Below are positions 52,398 to 62,668 of a stretch of DNA of 64,000 nt, in pieces. Under the pieces are notes generated by a model. That model was given only the letters and a program-made list of their open reading frames with translations. It did no database searches and had not been told where the DNA came from. Position 1 is the first letter of the stretch. Every line of letters starts with the position of its first letter. Origin of the DNA: an uncultured bacterium (GTDB lineage Bacteria; Verrucomicrobiota; Verrucomicrobiia; Limisphaerales; UBA8199); contig CAVVMW010000001.1 in the NCBI GenBank assembly GCA_963749495.1, forward strand, positions 64,001 through 128,000, written 5' to 3'. The translations under genes and the position numbers were made by a program.

Positions 52398-54525
52398 ATG
52401 GAAACACAAGCCTCCATCACGAGAACCACCTGGCCGAGGGCGATGGCCTCGTGCTCAAGAGCCGGCTGTGCCAGGAGGTTAGTGCTGTTATTGCTCCTCT
52501 TAACGCTCCCCACCGTGGCGCAAGCCCAATCTTACACGAACAATTACGGCATCTGGGGTTACGAGACCTTTAATGGTGCGATCATTCTCTTGGAATACAC
52601 CGGTCCTGGCGGTGCGGTGACCATCCCCGGCACGATCAACGGCCTGCCGGTCACCATTGTCGGAGACCAGGCGTTCTTTGGCTGCTTCAGCCTGACTAGC
52701 GTCAGCATCCCCAACGGCGTCACCAGAATCGGGGATTATGCGTTCGATGAATGCATCAATCTAACCAGCGTCATTTTCAAGGGTAATGCCCCCATCCTTG
52801 GCGGTCCAAATGTGTTCTATTGGGACTCGGCGACGATCTATTACGTTGCTGGGACCACGGGCTGGGGTCCGACGTTTGGCGGTCTTTCGACCTGTCTTTT
52901 GGACCCGCTGTCGCAAGCAGGATACACAACCAACAACGGCACGATCACGATCACGCGATACATGGGTTCCGGGGGTTTGGTGATCATCCCAGAGACCATC
53001 AATGGGCTGCCGGTCACGAGCATCGGGGACTATGCGTTCTTTGAGTGCTACGGCCTGACCAGTATCACAATCCCGGAGGGCGTTACCAGCATCGGAGATT
53101 CTGCGTTCTATGAAATCTTCAAGCCTGACCAACGTCACCATCTCTGACAGCGTCATGAGTATCGGACCCTGGGCGTTCTATAACTGCAGCGGCCTGACGA
53201 GCATCACGATCCCCAACAGCGTGACCAGCATAGGCACCAATGCGTTTTGTGGCTGCGTCAGCCTGGGTAATGTCACTATAGGCAATGGCGTCACTAACAT
53301 CGGAAGCGATGCGTTCTGGAGCTGCACCATGTTGACGAAGGTCATAATCCCCGACAGCGTTACCAGCATCGGAGAAGAGGCGTTCGAGTATTGCAGTAGC
53401 CTGACCAGCGTTACGCTCGGCAATGGCGTTGCCAGCATCGGAGAGTATGCGTTCTACGGCTGCTCCAGCCTCAACGGGGCCTATTTCCAGGGTAACGCCC
53501 CCAGTCCCGGCAATGACTTGTCTGTTTTTGGTGGTGACAGCAAGGCGAGTGTCTATTACCTGCCGTGGACTACGGGCTGGGGTTCGACATTCGAGGGCGT
53601 TCCGACCGCGCTGTGGAATGTTGAATCCTTCGGTGCCTTGCAAGTGTCGATTAGTCCTCCAACCGTTATCGGTGCAGGGGCGCAGTGGCAGGTGGATGGC
53701 GGGGCCTGGCAGAGCAGCGGTGCAACGCTCTCGGGCTTGACGGTCGGCAGCCATACGGTAGCTTTCTCGACCGTGGCTGGTTGGACGACGCCAGTTAGCC
53801 AAAAAGTCACGGTAAATGCCAATCAGACGGCTACAGCCACGGGGACCTACGTGGTAGTGGTAACTCCGGCAGCCGGGTTTATCTACACAACCAACAACGG
53901 CACGATCACCATCACGGAATACACAGGCCCCGGTGGTGCGGTGACCATTCCAGACGCGATCAATGGCCTGCCCGTCACCGGCATCCAGGCCTGGGCGTTT
54001 TATGACTGCACCAGCCTGGCCAACGTCACGATCCCCGACAGCGTTACCGCTATCGGAGAAGCTGCGTTCCAGATATGCACCAGCCTAACCAACGTCACGA
54101 TAGGCAACGGCCTCACCATGATCGGAAGCGGCGCGTTCCAGGGCTGCACCAGGCTGACGAGCGTGTCTTTCCAGGGTAACGCCCCCAACTATGCTCTGGA
54201 TGCGTTCGCCGGTGACAATTATGTAACCGTCTATTATTTGCCAGGCACCACGGGTTGGAATTTTAACTTTTCCAGTTATCCGACCGAACTGTGGCTCCCC
54301 CAGGTGCAGACCAGCAATGCCAATTTCGGCGTGAAGGCCAATCAATTCGGCTTCACCGTCAACTGGGCCAGTGGCATGAGCGTCGCGGCGGATGCCTGCA
54401 CCAATCTCGCCAATCCCACCTGGATTGCGCTGGCCACCAACACCCTCACCAGGGGCTCGTGCTATTTCAGCGATCCCGAGTGGACGAATTATGCCAGTCG
54501 TTTCTATCGCCTCAGGATGCCGTGA
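52398..54525 (+). CDS. BspA-type leucine-rich-repeat surface protein; frameshift near 53115
   Basis: C.SLTS.TIP.SVTSIG..AF repeats, F.GNAP, YYLPGTTGW; signal peptide; C-terminal SRFYRL. Confidence 0.92.
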
Positions 54526-54686
54526 AGGTGAAGGGGTCTTGGTATAGTTAACTTGCCGTTCCTTCCTCCTCTGCCCTGCCAATACACTTGGCACGATCCG
54601 GGTGAGCGGGGTCAGACCGTAGGAAGGTTCGCCTTGGGCCGAGCCGCCAGGGCCTCGGGTCGAGGGCCTGGTCACCAGACTGCGGG

Positions 54687-55202
54687 TCATCGGCGATGGG
54701 TTGACCGTCCCGGCGATTCCTCGAGGAGGCGCGTGTGGGCGATGCCGCCCAGCCAGCCTCGGCGCGCCCAGCCGGCCGTGAGCTCGATGCCGAACTGGGG
54801 CCAGTCGGGCGGGATGGGCAAGGCGCATAGCTCCACCAGCGCAAAGCGCGCCTGCCGCATCTCCTCCTAGCGGGCCCGGACGAACCACGCGGGGGCCAGC
54901 CCGATGAAGACCAAGTTGTCGGCGACCTCCATGGCCTTCTGGAGGAACGCGCGGAACTGGGAAAAGGGCGGGTTGCCGACGGCCCAGTCCCAGCGCCCCT
55001 CTGCCTTGAGGAAGTCCCTCCCGTTTTGAATCTCGAACCAATCCGCGCCCTTGGGTAGCGCCCGGAGGAACGCGCCGTTGCCGGCGCTCGGCTCGACGAT
55101 CCGGCCGCAAGGCAGAAAGTGCTCAACGACCGCGCGGGCCAGGGCGTCGGGGGTTTGGATGCGGTCAAGGGCAGGGTCAGACCATAGCTTGGGATGGTGC
55201 AT
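54687..55202 (-). pseudogene. Small DNA adenine methyltransferase-like gene with an in-frame TAG at 54867
   Basis: TP..LA, EPSAGNGAF (motif I), GNPPF (motif IV); the frame continues past TAG as EEMRQARFALVE...WPQFG. Confidence 0.75.
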
Positions 55203-55432
55203 AAACGCAGGCCCAGGCTCCACCGGGGGCGTCCTTCAAAAACCCGCGCAAGTGGCCGAGCCCTCACGCGCACGCGCAAGCAGCCCTGCGGGGGCCGGGT
55301 GCGGTCAGGCGCACTTCCGAACGCGAAGGCTCTGGTTGAGGGGCCCTTCAAGAAAGCTCGGCTCATGACGCGGTTCCGCGTCTCCTTGATTCTTCTTTGG
55401 GGCTTCAGATCGCAGCCCTCAGAGTTGAGTGG

Positions 55433-55662
55433 CGTTTTCGATCCTTCGTTTTCTTCGTTTCCTTCTGTTCCTTTCTTGCGTCCCGCCGACTGGGCAAAGG
55501 AAAACAGCAGAAGGAAACGAAGCAAACGAAGAGGCGGCCTGATGCGCGAGCAGGGATCGGGTCGGGGCCAGTCCGGATCTGGCGTTCCCGAAGACTTCCT
55601 CTGTGAGGATTCCTGTCTGCCGCCGGGGTGTCGAGCTATTGCAGCAGCATCCGGAAGAACTG
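55433..55662. repeat. ~220 bp direct repeat, copy 2
   Basis: Aligns with 50447-50670. Confidence 0.85.
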
Positions 55663-55887
55663 ATAAACCTGTGAACCATTGCCGTTCACCAGCGCGAACT
55701 TGAACTGGCCATTGCCCGCGAACGCATTGGTGCCCACCTCCACCCGGCCCTGGTAACTGAGCAAAGCCGGCACCTGGCCGCGCGCCTCGTGCAACCCCTG
55801 GCTCAAGACGCCAGCCACCCATAGACAACAGAGCAGCAGACGTTTCCGGATCAACGCAACTTGGCTCACCCTCCAAAGTATGTGCAA
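55636..55887 (-). pseudogene. Deletion fusion: N-terminus of a secreted protein joined to the QFFRMLLQ C-terminus
   Basis: Signal peptide + QVPALLSYQGRV.VG...F.G.GQFKFALVN, then the same last 8 aa as the 50644 gene. Confidence 0.7.
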
Positions 55888-56020
55888 GCCGGCCGCTTGT
55901 CTGTCGGACCCGGGTGTGATCTTTTCGTAGCACGCACGCGCGACCCCCTGTAGCGCGCTAGCGTGACAAGGCGGGGTCTGGGGGCGCCGTAATGCCTCAG
56001 GCGGGAGCGTGACGGGGCAG

Positions 56021-56169
56021 ACCCCTCACCCCAACCCTCTCCCCTTCGGAAGGGGAGAGGGAGAAGCGGCGGCAGTCTCTGAGAATTCCAGGCGTCTCCC
56101 CTTTCTCAAGACGCTGCCGAAAATCCTCCCTCTCCCCTTCGGAAGGGGAGAGGGCCGGGGTGAGGGGTC
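56021..56169. repeat. REP-like palindrome pair CCCTCACCCC..CCCTCTCCCCTTCGGAAGGGGAGAGGG
   Basis: The same family occurs at ~62473-62619. Confidence 0.8.
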
Positions 56170-56302
56170 CCGCCGGGGACTCCGTCGCCGCCATCACTGA
56201 GCGGCCACGGTGCGCCCAAATATGCCCTTGGCAAACGCCGGGCATTCTGATAACGGAGAGACAATGCGAATGCCATGGCTATCGCGCTGCGAATGAAGTG
56301 AT

Positions 56303-57601
56303 ATGAAATCTCATTCTCCGGATCGTTTGAGCCGCCGGCGGTTTCTGGGGCGGGCGGCAGCGGTTGCCGCGATGCCGCTGGTTGTCCCGGCCTCGGCGCT
56401 GGGGCTCGATGGGGCCGTGGCCCCGAGCAATCGCATCGGCTTCGGCGCTATCGGCGTGGGCAACCGCGCCCGCGACACTCTGCCCAATTTCCTCTCGTTG
56501 CGCGAAATCCAGTTCCTGGCGGTGAGCGATTGCCGGCAAGACCGGCTCAAGTCCGGCAAGGTCCTGGTGGACAATCATTACGGCAACGCGGATTGCCGGG
56601 CCTGCCCCGATTTCCGGGAATTGCTGGCGCAAAAGGACATCAACGCCGTGTCCATTGCCACCGGCAACCGCTGGCACGGGCTGGGCTCGATCTACGCCGC
56701 CCGCGCCGGCAAAGACATTTATTGCGAAAAACCCGTCACGCTGACCATCGCAGAGGGGCGCGCGCTGGTCGAGACCTGCCGCCGCTTCGGCGCCATGTAC
56801 CAGGCCGGCACCCAGCGCCGCTCGACCGGCTCCTACCGTTTCGCGATGCAGATGGTCAAGCAGGGCCGGATCGGCCGCCTGCGCGCCGTCGAGATGCAGG
56901 TCTGGGCCGGCCCCGGAATCCCCCACGACCGCGAAACCGAGGTCCCTGCGGGTTGGAATTACGACATCTGGCTCGGCCAGGCCCCCTGGCGGCCCTTCGT
57001 CCCGGCGCGGGTCAACGCCTGGCAGTATTTCTGGGACACCGCCGAGGGGGTCCTCACGGACATGGGTTGCCATTACACCGATCAGATGCAATGGACCCTC
57101 GGAACAGACCACACCGGGCCGCTCCAGTTCGAGGCCCAGGCCCAATGGCCCGACCCCGCCAAGTGCTGCAGCGACACCCCTATCACCGCAGTCGCCCGCT
57201 GCAAATACGCCAATGGGGTGGAAGGCGTGATGTACCAACGCCGCGAGTTCAAAGACCGCTACATCCGCTACATCGGCAACGAGGGCTGGATCCAGGTGGA
57301 CGACGAGACCGACGCCGTGACCGCCGAACCGAAGTCCATCCTCGGTTTGCGCAGCGCCAGCGGGGCCGGCTGGGGAGACGCCTCGGACCACGTCCGCAAC
57401 CTCCTCAACTCGATCCGCAGCCGCACCCCCACCCTCTGCAACCCGGAGGTGGCCCATCGCGCCGCCACCATCTGCCAGGCCTGGAACATCAGCCTGCGCC
57501 TGGGTCGCAAACTCAACTGGGACCCCCTCCGCGAGCGCTTCGACCTCGACGCCGCCAATCGCATGCTCTACCGCGAACCCCGCGCCCCATGGCGGGCATG
57601 A
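56303..57601 (+). CDS. Gfo/Idh/MocA oxidoreductase with Tat signal
   Basis: SRRRFL, IGVGNR, DIYCEKP, QAGTQRRS, DMGCH. Confidence 0.95.
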   Translation: MKSHSPDRLSRRRFLGRAAAVAAMPLVVPASALGLDGAVAPSNRIGFGAIGVGNRARDTLPNFLSLREIQFLAVSDCRQDRLKSGKVLVDNHYGNADCRACPDFRELLAQKDINAVSIATGNRWHGLGSIYAARAGKDIYCEKPVTLTIAEGRALVETCRRFGAMYQAGTQRRSTGSYRFAMQMVKQGRIGRLRAVEMQVWAGPGIPHDRETEVPAGWNYDIWLGQAPWRPFVPARVNAWQYFWDTAEGVLTDMGCHYTDQMQWTLGTDHTGPLQFEAQAQWPDPAKCCSDTPITAVARCKYANGVEGVMYQRREFKDRYIRYIGNEGWIQVDDETDAVTAEPKSILGLRSASGAGWGDASDHVRNLLNSIRSRTPTLCNPEVAHRAATICQAWNISLRLGRKLNWDPLRERFDLDAANRMLYREPRAPWRA

Positions 57602-57738
57602 CGCCAATGCACCGCGAAGCACGAAATACCAAGGCAGAAAAATGGGGGCAGAAAAATGAACCTGATTTTTATCTTTCTGCCCCCATCTTTCTGCCTGCTT
57701 CGGGTTCCGGGTTTCCATCTTTTTGAACACGTTTACTC

Positions 57739-59751
57739 ATGATGACACGCTTCCTTGGGGTATTCTCCGTCCTCCTTGCCTTTGCTGGTCCGAGCGCTCT
57801 TGCCGCGCCAGCCGCCGGGGCGGGGGACATTGCCCGACTCGTGAACGAGGCCTCTGCTTACCGCACCGGGGAGAGTCTCGAGCCGTTCCGCGGCATCGAG
57901 GCCCTGGTGCGCCAGTCGCTCTCCAGTCCCGCCCTGCGCCCGCAAGTGGAGGCCGGCCTGGCGAAGATGCTCGACCCCGCCGCGTCGCTGGAGGCGCGCG
58001 GCTTTGCCTGCCGCCAACTGGGCATTATCGGCGGCGGCAGCGCCCTGCCGGCGCTGGCCAAACTCCTGGGCAGCGATGAAACCACCGGGATGGCGTGCCT
58101 GGCGCTGACCACCTACCCGCCAGGCAAGGCGGATGCTCTCTTGCGCAACGCGGTGGTTTCCGCCTCGGGAACCTCCCGCATCCAGATCATCACCACCCTG
58201 GGCGACCGCCGGGACTCCCGGTCTGTGGGCCTGCTCGTCAAATTCGCGCGCGACCGGGACCGGGCCTTGGCGGAAGCGGCGGCCGCGGCGCTGGGCAAGG
58301 TGGGCGACAATGCGGCGCGCAAGGCCATCCGCGCGTTGCGCCACGCGGCGGAGCCCACCCTGGCGCCGGCGCTCGACGAGGCCATGCTCCGGTGCGCCGA
58401 GCGGCTGGCAGCCGCGGGGGATTGGAAGCGCGCCACGGCTGCTTACGAGGAGTTGCTGGCCTCTTCGGCTGCGGCCTGCACGCGCCGGGGCGCGCTGGAT
58501 GCCCTGTTGCGCCTGGACCCGGACGGGCGCCGGCGGCGAATCCTGGACGTCTTGCACGGTATGGACTCGGACCTGAAGCCCGTGGCGATTGCCGCCGTCC
58601 GCACCGTGCCTCCAAGGGTCTCCTCGGAGCCATTCGCCGACGAGTTGCACAACCTGGCGCCGGCCGAGCAGGTTTGGATGATTGATAGCCTGGCGGAGCG
58701 GAGCGATGTCAACGCCCGCATCGCGATCAGCAAGAGCGTTTCCTCGACGAGCATGCCCGTCCGGCTGGCCGCCTATGCGGCCCTCGGGCGGATGGGCGCG
58801 GCCTGGGCCGTCCCGATGTTGACCCATGCCTTGAGCGTTTCCAAAGACCCCGCCGAATCCCGCGCGATCGAATCCGCCCTGGTGAACCTGCCCCCGGGCG
58901 CCAACGTCAACAAAGCGATCTCCAGCCATGTCAAACGGTGCAGCGGAAACGATCGAGCCTGCTTCATCTCCGTTTTGGCCCGGCGCGTTGGCCCGGGGGC
59001 GAACCCGACATTTTTGGTCGAGGCCCAGGGTTCGGACCCGGCGGCAGCCAAGGCCGCGTTCCGCGCCCTGGCCACCACGGCGACGGAGTCCGACGCGCCT
59101 GTGGTGTTGGACAGCCTGGTCGCCGCGCGCGAGAAGGATGTCCGCGAGGCGGCCGAACTCGCTGCGGGCCGGGTCCTGGCGAAGGTCCAGAATGTCTCGA
59201 CCCGTTCCGCCTTGGTCCGGGATGCTTTGGGCCGGGCCAAGCGCGTCGCAAGCCGGGTCTCGCTGTTGGGCCTGCTGCCCGGCTGCGCCGACGCCCCCGC
59301 CCTGGGCTGCGTCAAGACGGCCCTGACGGATGCTGAGCCGCGTCTCCGCGAGGCGGCCATCCGGGCCTTGGCCGACTGGCCGGAGGCTGCTGCCTGGGAT
59401 ACGCTGCTGGGCCTCTATACCCTGCCCCCGGATGAGGTGGTGCGGGCGATAGCGTTGCGGGGCCTGGTCCGCCTGACCGGCGAAGGCAATGGGCACCCGG
59501 ACGCCGAGCTGGCCGGGCGCTACCTGGTGTTGATCCGGGGCGCCCGCAGCGACGCCGAGTTGAAGCTGATTCTGGGCACCCTGGGCCAGGCGGCGCACCC
59601 GGAGACGCTGCGCCTGGCCACCGACCTGCTCAGCCGGCCCGGTGTCCGCGCCGAGGCCGAGGTTGCCGTCAGGAAAATTGCCGAAGCCATCAAGGGGCAG
59701 TTCCCGGAGGCCGCAGAGCAGGCCCTGCAGAAGATCCAGCCGGCAAAGTAG
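57739..59751 (+). CDS. Secreted HEAT-repeat protein
   Basis: Signal peptide; repeated AAAAALGKVG / REAAIRALADW. Confidence 0.88.
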   Translation: MMTRFLGVFSVLLAFAGPSALAAPAAGAGDIARLVNEASAYRTGESLEPFRGIEALVRQSLSSPALRPQVEAGLAKMLDPAASLEARGFACRQLGIIGGGSALPALAKLLGSDETTGMACLALTTYPPGKADALLRNAVVSASGTSRIQIITTLGDRRDSRSVGLLVKFARDRDRALAEAAAAALGKVGDNAARKAIRALRHAAEPTLAPALDEAMLRCAERLAAAGDWKRATAAYEELLASSAAACTRRGALDALLRLDPDGRRRRILDVLHGMDSDLKPVAIAAVRTVPPRVSSEPFADELHNLAPAEQVWMIDSLAERSDVNARIAISKSVSSTSMPVRLAAYAALGRMGAAWAVPMLTHALSVSKDPAESRAIESALVNLPPGANVNKAISSHVKRCSGNDRACFISVLARRVGPGANPTFLVEAQGSDPAAAKAAFRALATTATESDAPVVLDSLVAAREKDVREAAELAAGRVLAKVQNVSTRSALVRDALGRAKRVASRVSLLGLLPGCADAPALGCVKTALTDAEPRLREAAIRALADWPEAAAWDTLLGLYTLPPDEVVRAIALRGLVRLTGEGNGHPDAELAGRYLVLIRGARSDAELKLILGTLGQAAHPETLRLATDLLSRPGVRAEAEVAVRKIAEAIKGQFPEAAEQALQKIQPAK

Positions 59752-59801
59752 CTGCAAAATGTCAAGTACCGCCGCCAATGTAATCTGGGTGGTCGCACGC
59801 T

Positions 59802-59985
59802 GTCCCGAAGGGACATCTGAGAATAGCCCAACGTTTCAACGTTGGGTTGAAGGCGCACGAAAACCAAGTCCCGAAAGGGACGGCTGAAACGGGGCGGCTT
59901 TTCGGCCGTCCCTTCGGGACTTGCTCACTCTGCGGGCCAAACCCAACGATAAATCGTTGGGCTATTGTCAGGCGTCCCTCCGGGA
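59802..59985. repeat. REP-like palindromic element
   Basis: GTCCCGAAGGGAC..AATAGCCCAACGTTTCAACGTTGGG family. Confidence 0.75.
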
Positions 59986-60090
59986 GGGGAAAACCTGCCG
60001 TGCCGGAATTCTCGCGGCCAGGCTCAGCCTCCTGGAACTAGGGCCCTCTTCTGTGCAAGAACTCCTCTCACCCAACTTCGGGCCGGCGCC

Positions 60091-62150
60091 GTGTTGAACC
60101 TGGCCTCGCTCAATCCGCAGCAGCGGCAGGCCGTCGAGACCCTCCATGGCCCGGTCCTCATCCTGGCCGGGGCTGGCACGGGCAAGACGCGCGTCATCAC
60201 CTATCGCATCGCGAATCTGCTCGAGCGGGGCATTGCCCCGGGCCACATCCTGGGCGTCACGTTCACCAACAAGGCGGCCCGCGAGATGCAGGAGCGGGTC
60301 CGCAAGCTGGTTCCCAGCGCTCTGCGCACCGCAAAACCCGCCCCATCTCCAGGCGCGGCCCCCGACTCGCGCCTCACCCTCTGCACCTTCCACTCCCTCT
60401 GCGCGCGCATCCTGCGCCAGCACATCGAACGGCTCGGATACAAGCGCAATTTCGTCATCCTCGACGAGTCCGACTCCCTCGGCACGGTCCGGAAAATCCT
60501 GGCCCGGATTTCGGCCAAGGGAGAGAAGACCGACCCGGCGGCGGTGCTGGCCGTATTGAGCCGGTGCAAGAACGCCGGCGGGGGAGGCGCGGTTTTCGGC
60601 GACCCGAGTGTGCGCGCCATGGCCGAGCACATCCGCCCGCACTATGAATCGGCCTTGCGCGCCTGCAACGCGGTGGACTTCGATGACTTGATACTGCTGA
60701 CGCTGCGCCTGTTCGGCGAGCATCCCCAGGCGCTGGAGGCCTGCCGCGCCCGCTATCGCTATGTCATGGTGGACGAATTCCAGGACACCAACGCCGCCCA
60801 GTTCCAACTGGTCCACGCCCTGACCCGCGTCCATCGCAACCTTTGCGTGGTCGGCGACGACGACCAGAGCATCTACGGCTGGCGCGGCGCGCAAATCTCC
60901 AACCTGCTCGACATGGAGAAGCATTTCCCGGAGGTCAAGGTCATCCAGCTCGAACAGAATTACCGCTCCACCAACACGATCCTGACCGCCGCCAACGCCG
61001 TCATCCGGCACAACGTCCGCCGGCGCGCAAAACAGTTGTGGTCCCAGAAGGGCAACGGGCCGAGATCGTCCTCTGGACCTTTGCCACCGAAGAGGAGGAG
61101 GCCCGGACGCTCGTCGAGCAGATCGAATTCGCCCGCCGCGCCCGGCGCGTCCCCTGGCAGGACCAGGCCATCCTCTTCCGCACCAACGCGCAATCGCGTC
61201 CGCTGGAGACCGCCCTGCGCCTGGCCCGGGTCCGCTACCGCCTCATCGGCGGCCAGAGCTTCTTCGACCGCCGCGAGGTCCGCGATTTCCTTGCCTACCT
61301 CAAGACCTTCGTCAATCCGGAGGACGACATCAGCCTGTTGCGCATCGCCAATGTGCCGCCGCGCGGGCTGAGCGACCCGACCCTCGAGCGCCTCATCGCC
61401 GCCAGCCGGGAACGCAACTGCCCGATCTTTGCAGTTATGAAGAATCCCGCCGTCACCGCCGCGCTCCGGGCCGAGACGCGCCACAGCCTCGAGAGCTTCG
61501 TGCAGCTCATCGAGCAGACCCGCGCCCAGCTCCAGGCCCAGGCCCTCTCCCGCGACCCGCTCACCCTCAGCGCCTGGGCCCAACGCTTCCTTCAACGGAC
61601 CGGCTACCTCGACGAGTTGCGCCACTCCGAAAAAAACGTCGAGACGGCCGAAAACCGGGTTCGCTCCCTCAGCAGCCTGGTGGCAAGCCTCGACGGCCCC
61701 GACGCCGGCGCCCAGGCCCCGCTGGACCGGCTCCAGACCTTCCTGGAGGACATCACCCTGGACACCGAGCGCGAAGCCAGCGACGAACCGCCCGGCCAAG
61801 CGGTCACGCTCATCACGATGCACAGTTGCAAGGGGCTCGAATTCCCCCACGTCCACATCGTCGGGATGGAAGACGGCCTGCTGCCTCACGCCCGCTCGAA
61901 GGAGGAGGGCACGCTGGACGAAGAGCGGCGGCTCTTTTACGTGGCGATCACGCGCGCGATGCAAACGCTGGACCTCAGCCGCTGCGCCGCCCGCAACAAG
62001 CACGGCCGGCTCAAGCCCTGCCACCCCTCGCCCTTCCTTCAGGACCTGCCTCCCGAACTCATCGAGCACGCCGACGAAAAGGGCAAGAAACCCGTCACTG
62101 TCGAGGCCGGCAAGGGCCTGTTCGATACGGTGCGCTCCGCCATCGAGTGA
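60091..62150 (+). CDS. uvrD: UvrD/Rep/PcrA helicase; frameshift near 61055
   Basis: LNPQQ, AGAGTGKT, TFTNKAA, VDEFQD, VGDDDQSIY, LEQNYRS, TMHSCKGLEF, EERRLFYVAITRA. Confidence 0.93.
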
Positions 62151-62157
62151 GGGTCAG

Positions 62158-62346
62158 GTGGTGAAACTCATGAATGACAAGGGGTATTGGACCCGGCTGG
62201 AGGATTACTTGCAGCAGCACTCCAACGCCCAATTCAGCCACGGGTTGTGTCTGGATTGCCTGCGCAAACTCTATCCCGACATCGCCGCGACGGTCGAGGC
62301 CAATTTGGCGGCGCGCGCCCCCGGCACGACCGGCGCGGGCCGTTGA
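62158..62346 (+). pseudogene. Remnant of a signalling-protein C-terminal Cys/His domain
   Basis: DKGYW..LE.Y...HS.A.FSHGLC.DC...LYP motif; lacks the usual upstream part. Confidence 0.6.
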
Positions 62347-62430
62347 CAAAGTCGTAGCGCAGGTTTGGAAACCTGCGCTACGCTGGCGCCCCTGGCGCAC
62401 AGGCGCGCCGAGCGGCTTTGTCAATGGCCC
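62339..62430. repeat. Short inverted copy of the 46622-46818 element
   Basis: Same ends; internal segment deleted between the CAGGTTT..AAACCTG palindromes. Confidence 0.75.
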
Positions 62431-62668
62431 CGCACAACCAGCGCGGCTCCGCCGCCCGCCGCGTAAGGCCTCCCCCTCACCCCGGCCCTCTCCCCATCGG
62501 ATGGGGAGAGGGTGAGTCCGCGGTGGCGCTTGGAGGACGGGCGGACCCCCGGAAGCTCCCGAGACTGCCGCCGCTTCTCCCTCTCCCCTTCGGAAGGGGA
62601 GAGGGCCGGGGTGAGGGGTCACCGACCGGTTACCCAGCCGCTTGACCGCAGGGGGAGCGGCTGCATAA

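Noticed and set aside
11330..61060. Frameshifts in many genes (adhesin, transposase, RCK-RyR, TIR, BspA, uvrD, comM copies) as programmed frameshifting or true pseudogenes
   Set aside because: Single-base indels, often in homopolymers and even in uvrD, point to long-read error; cannot be resolved without reads.
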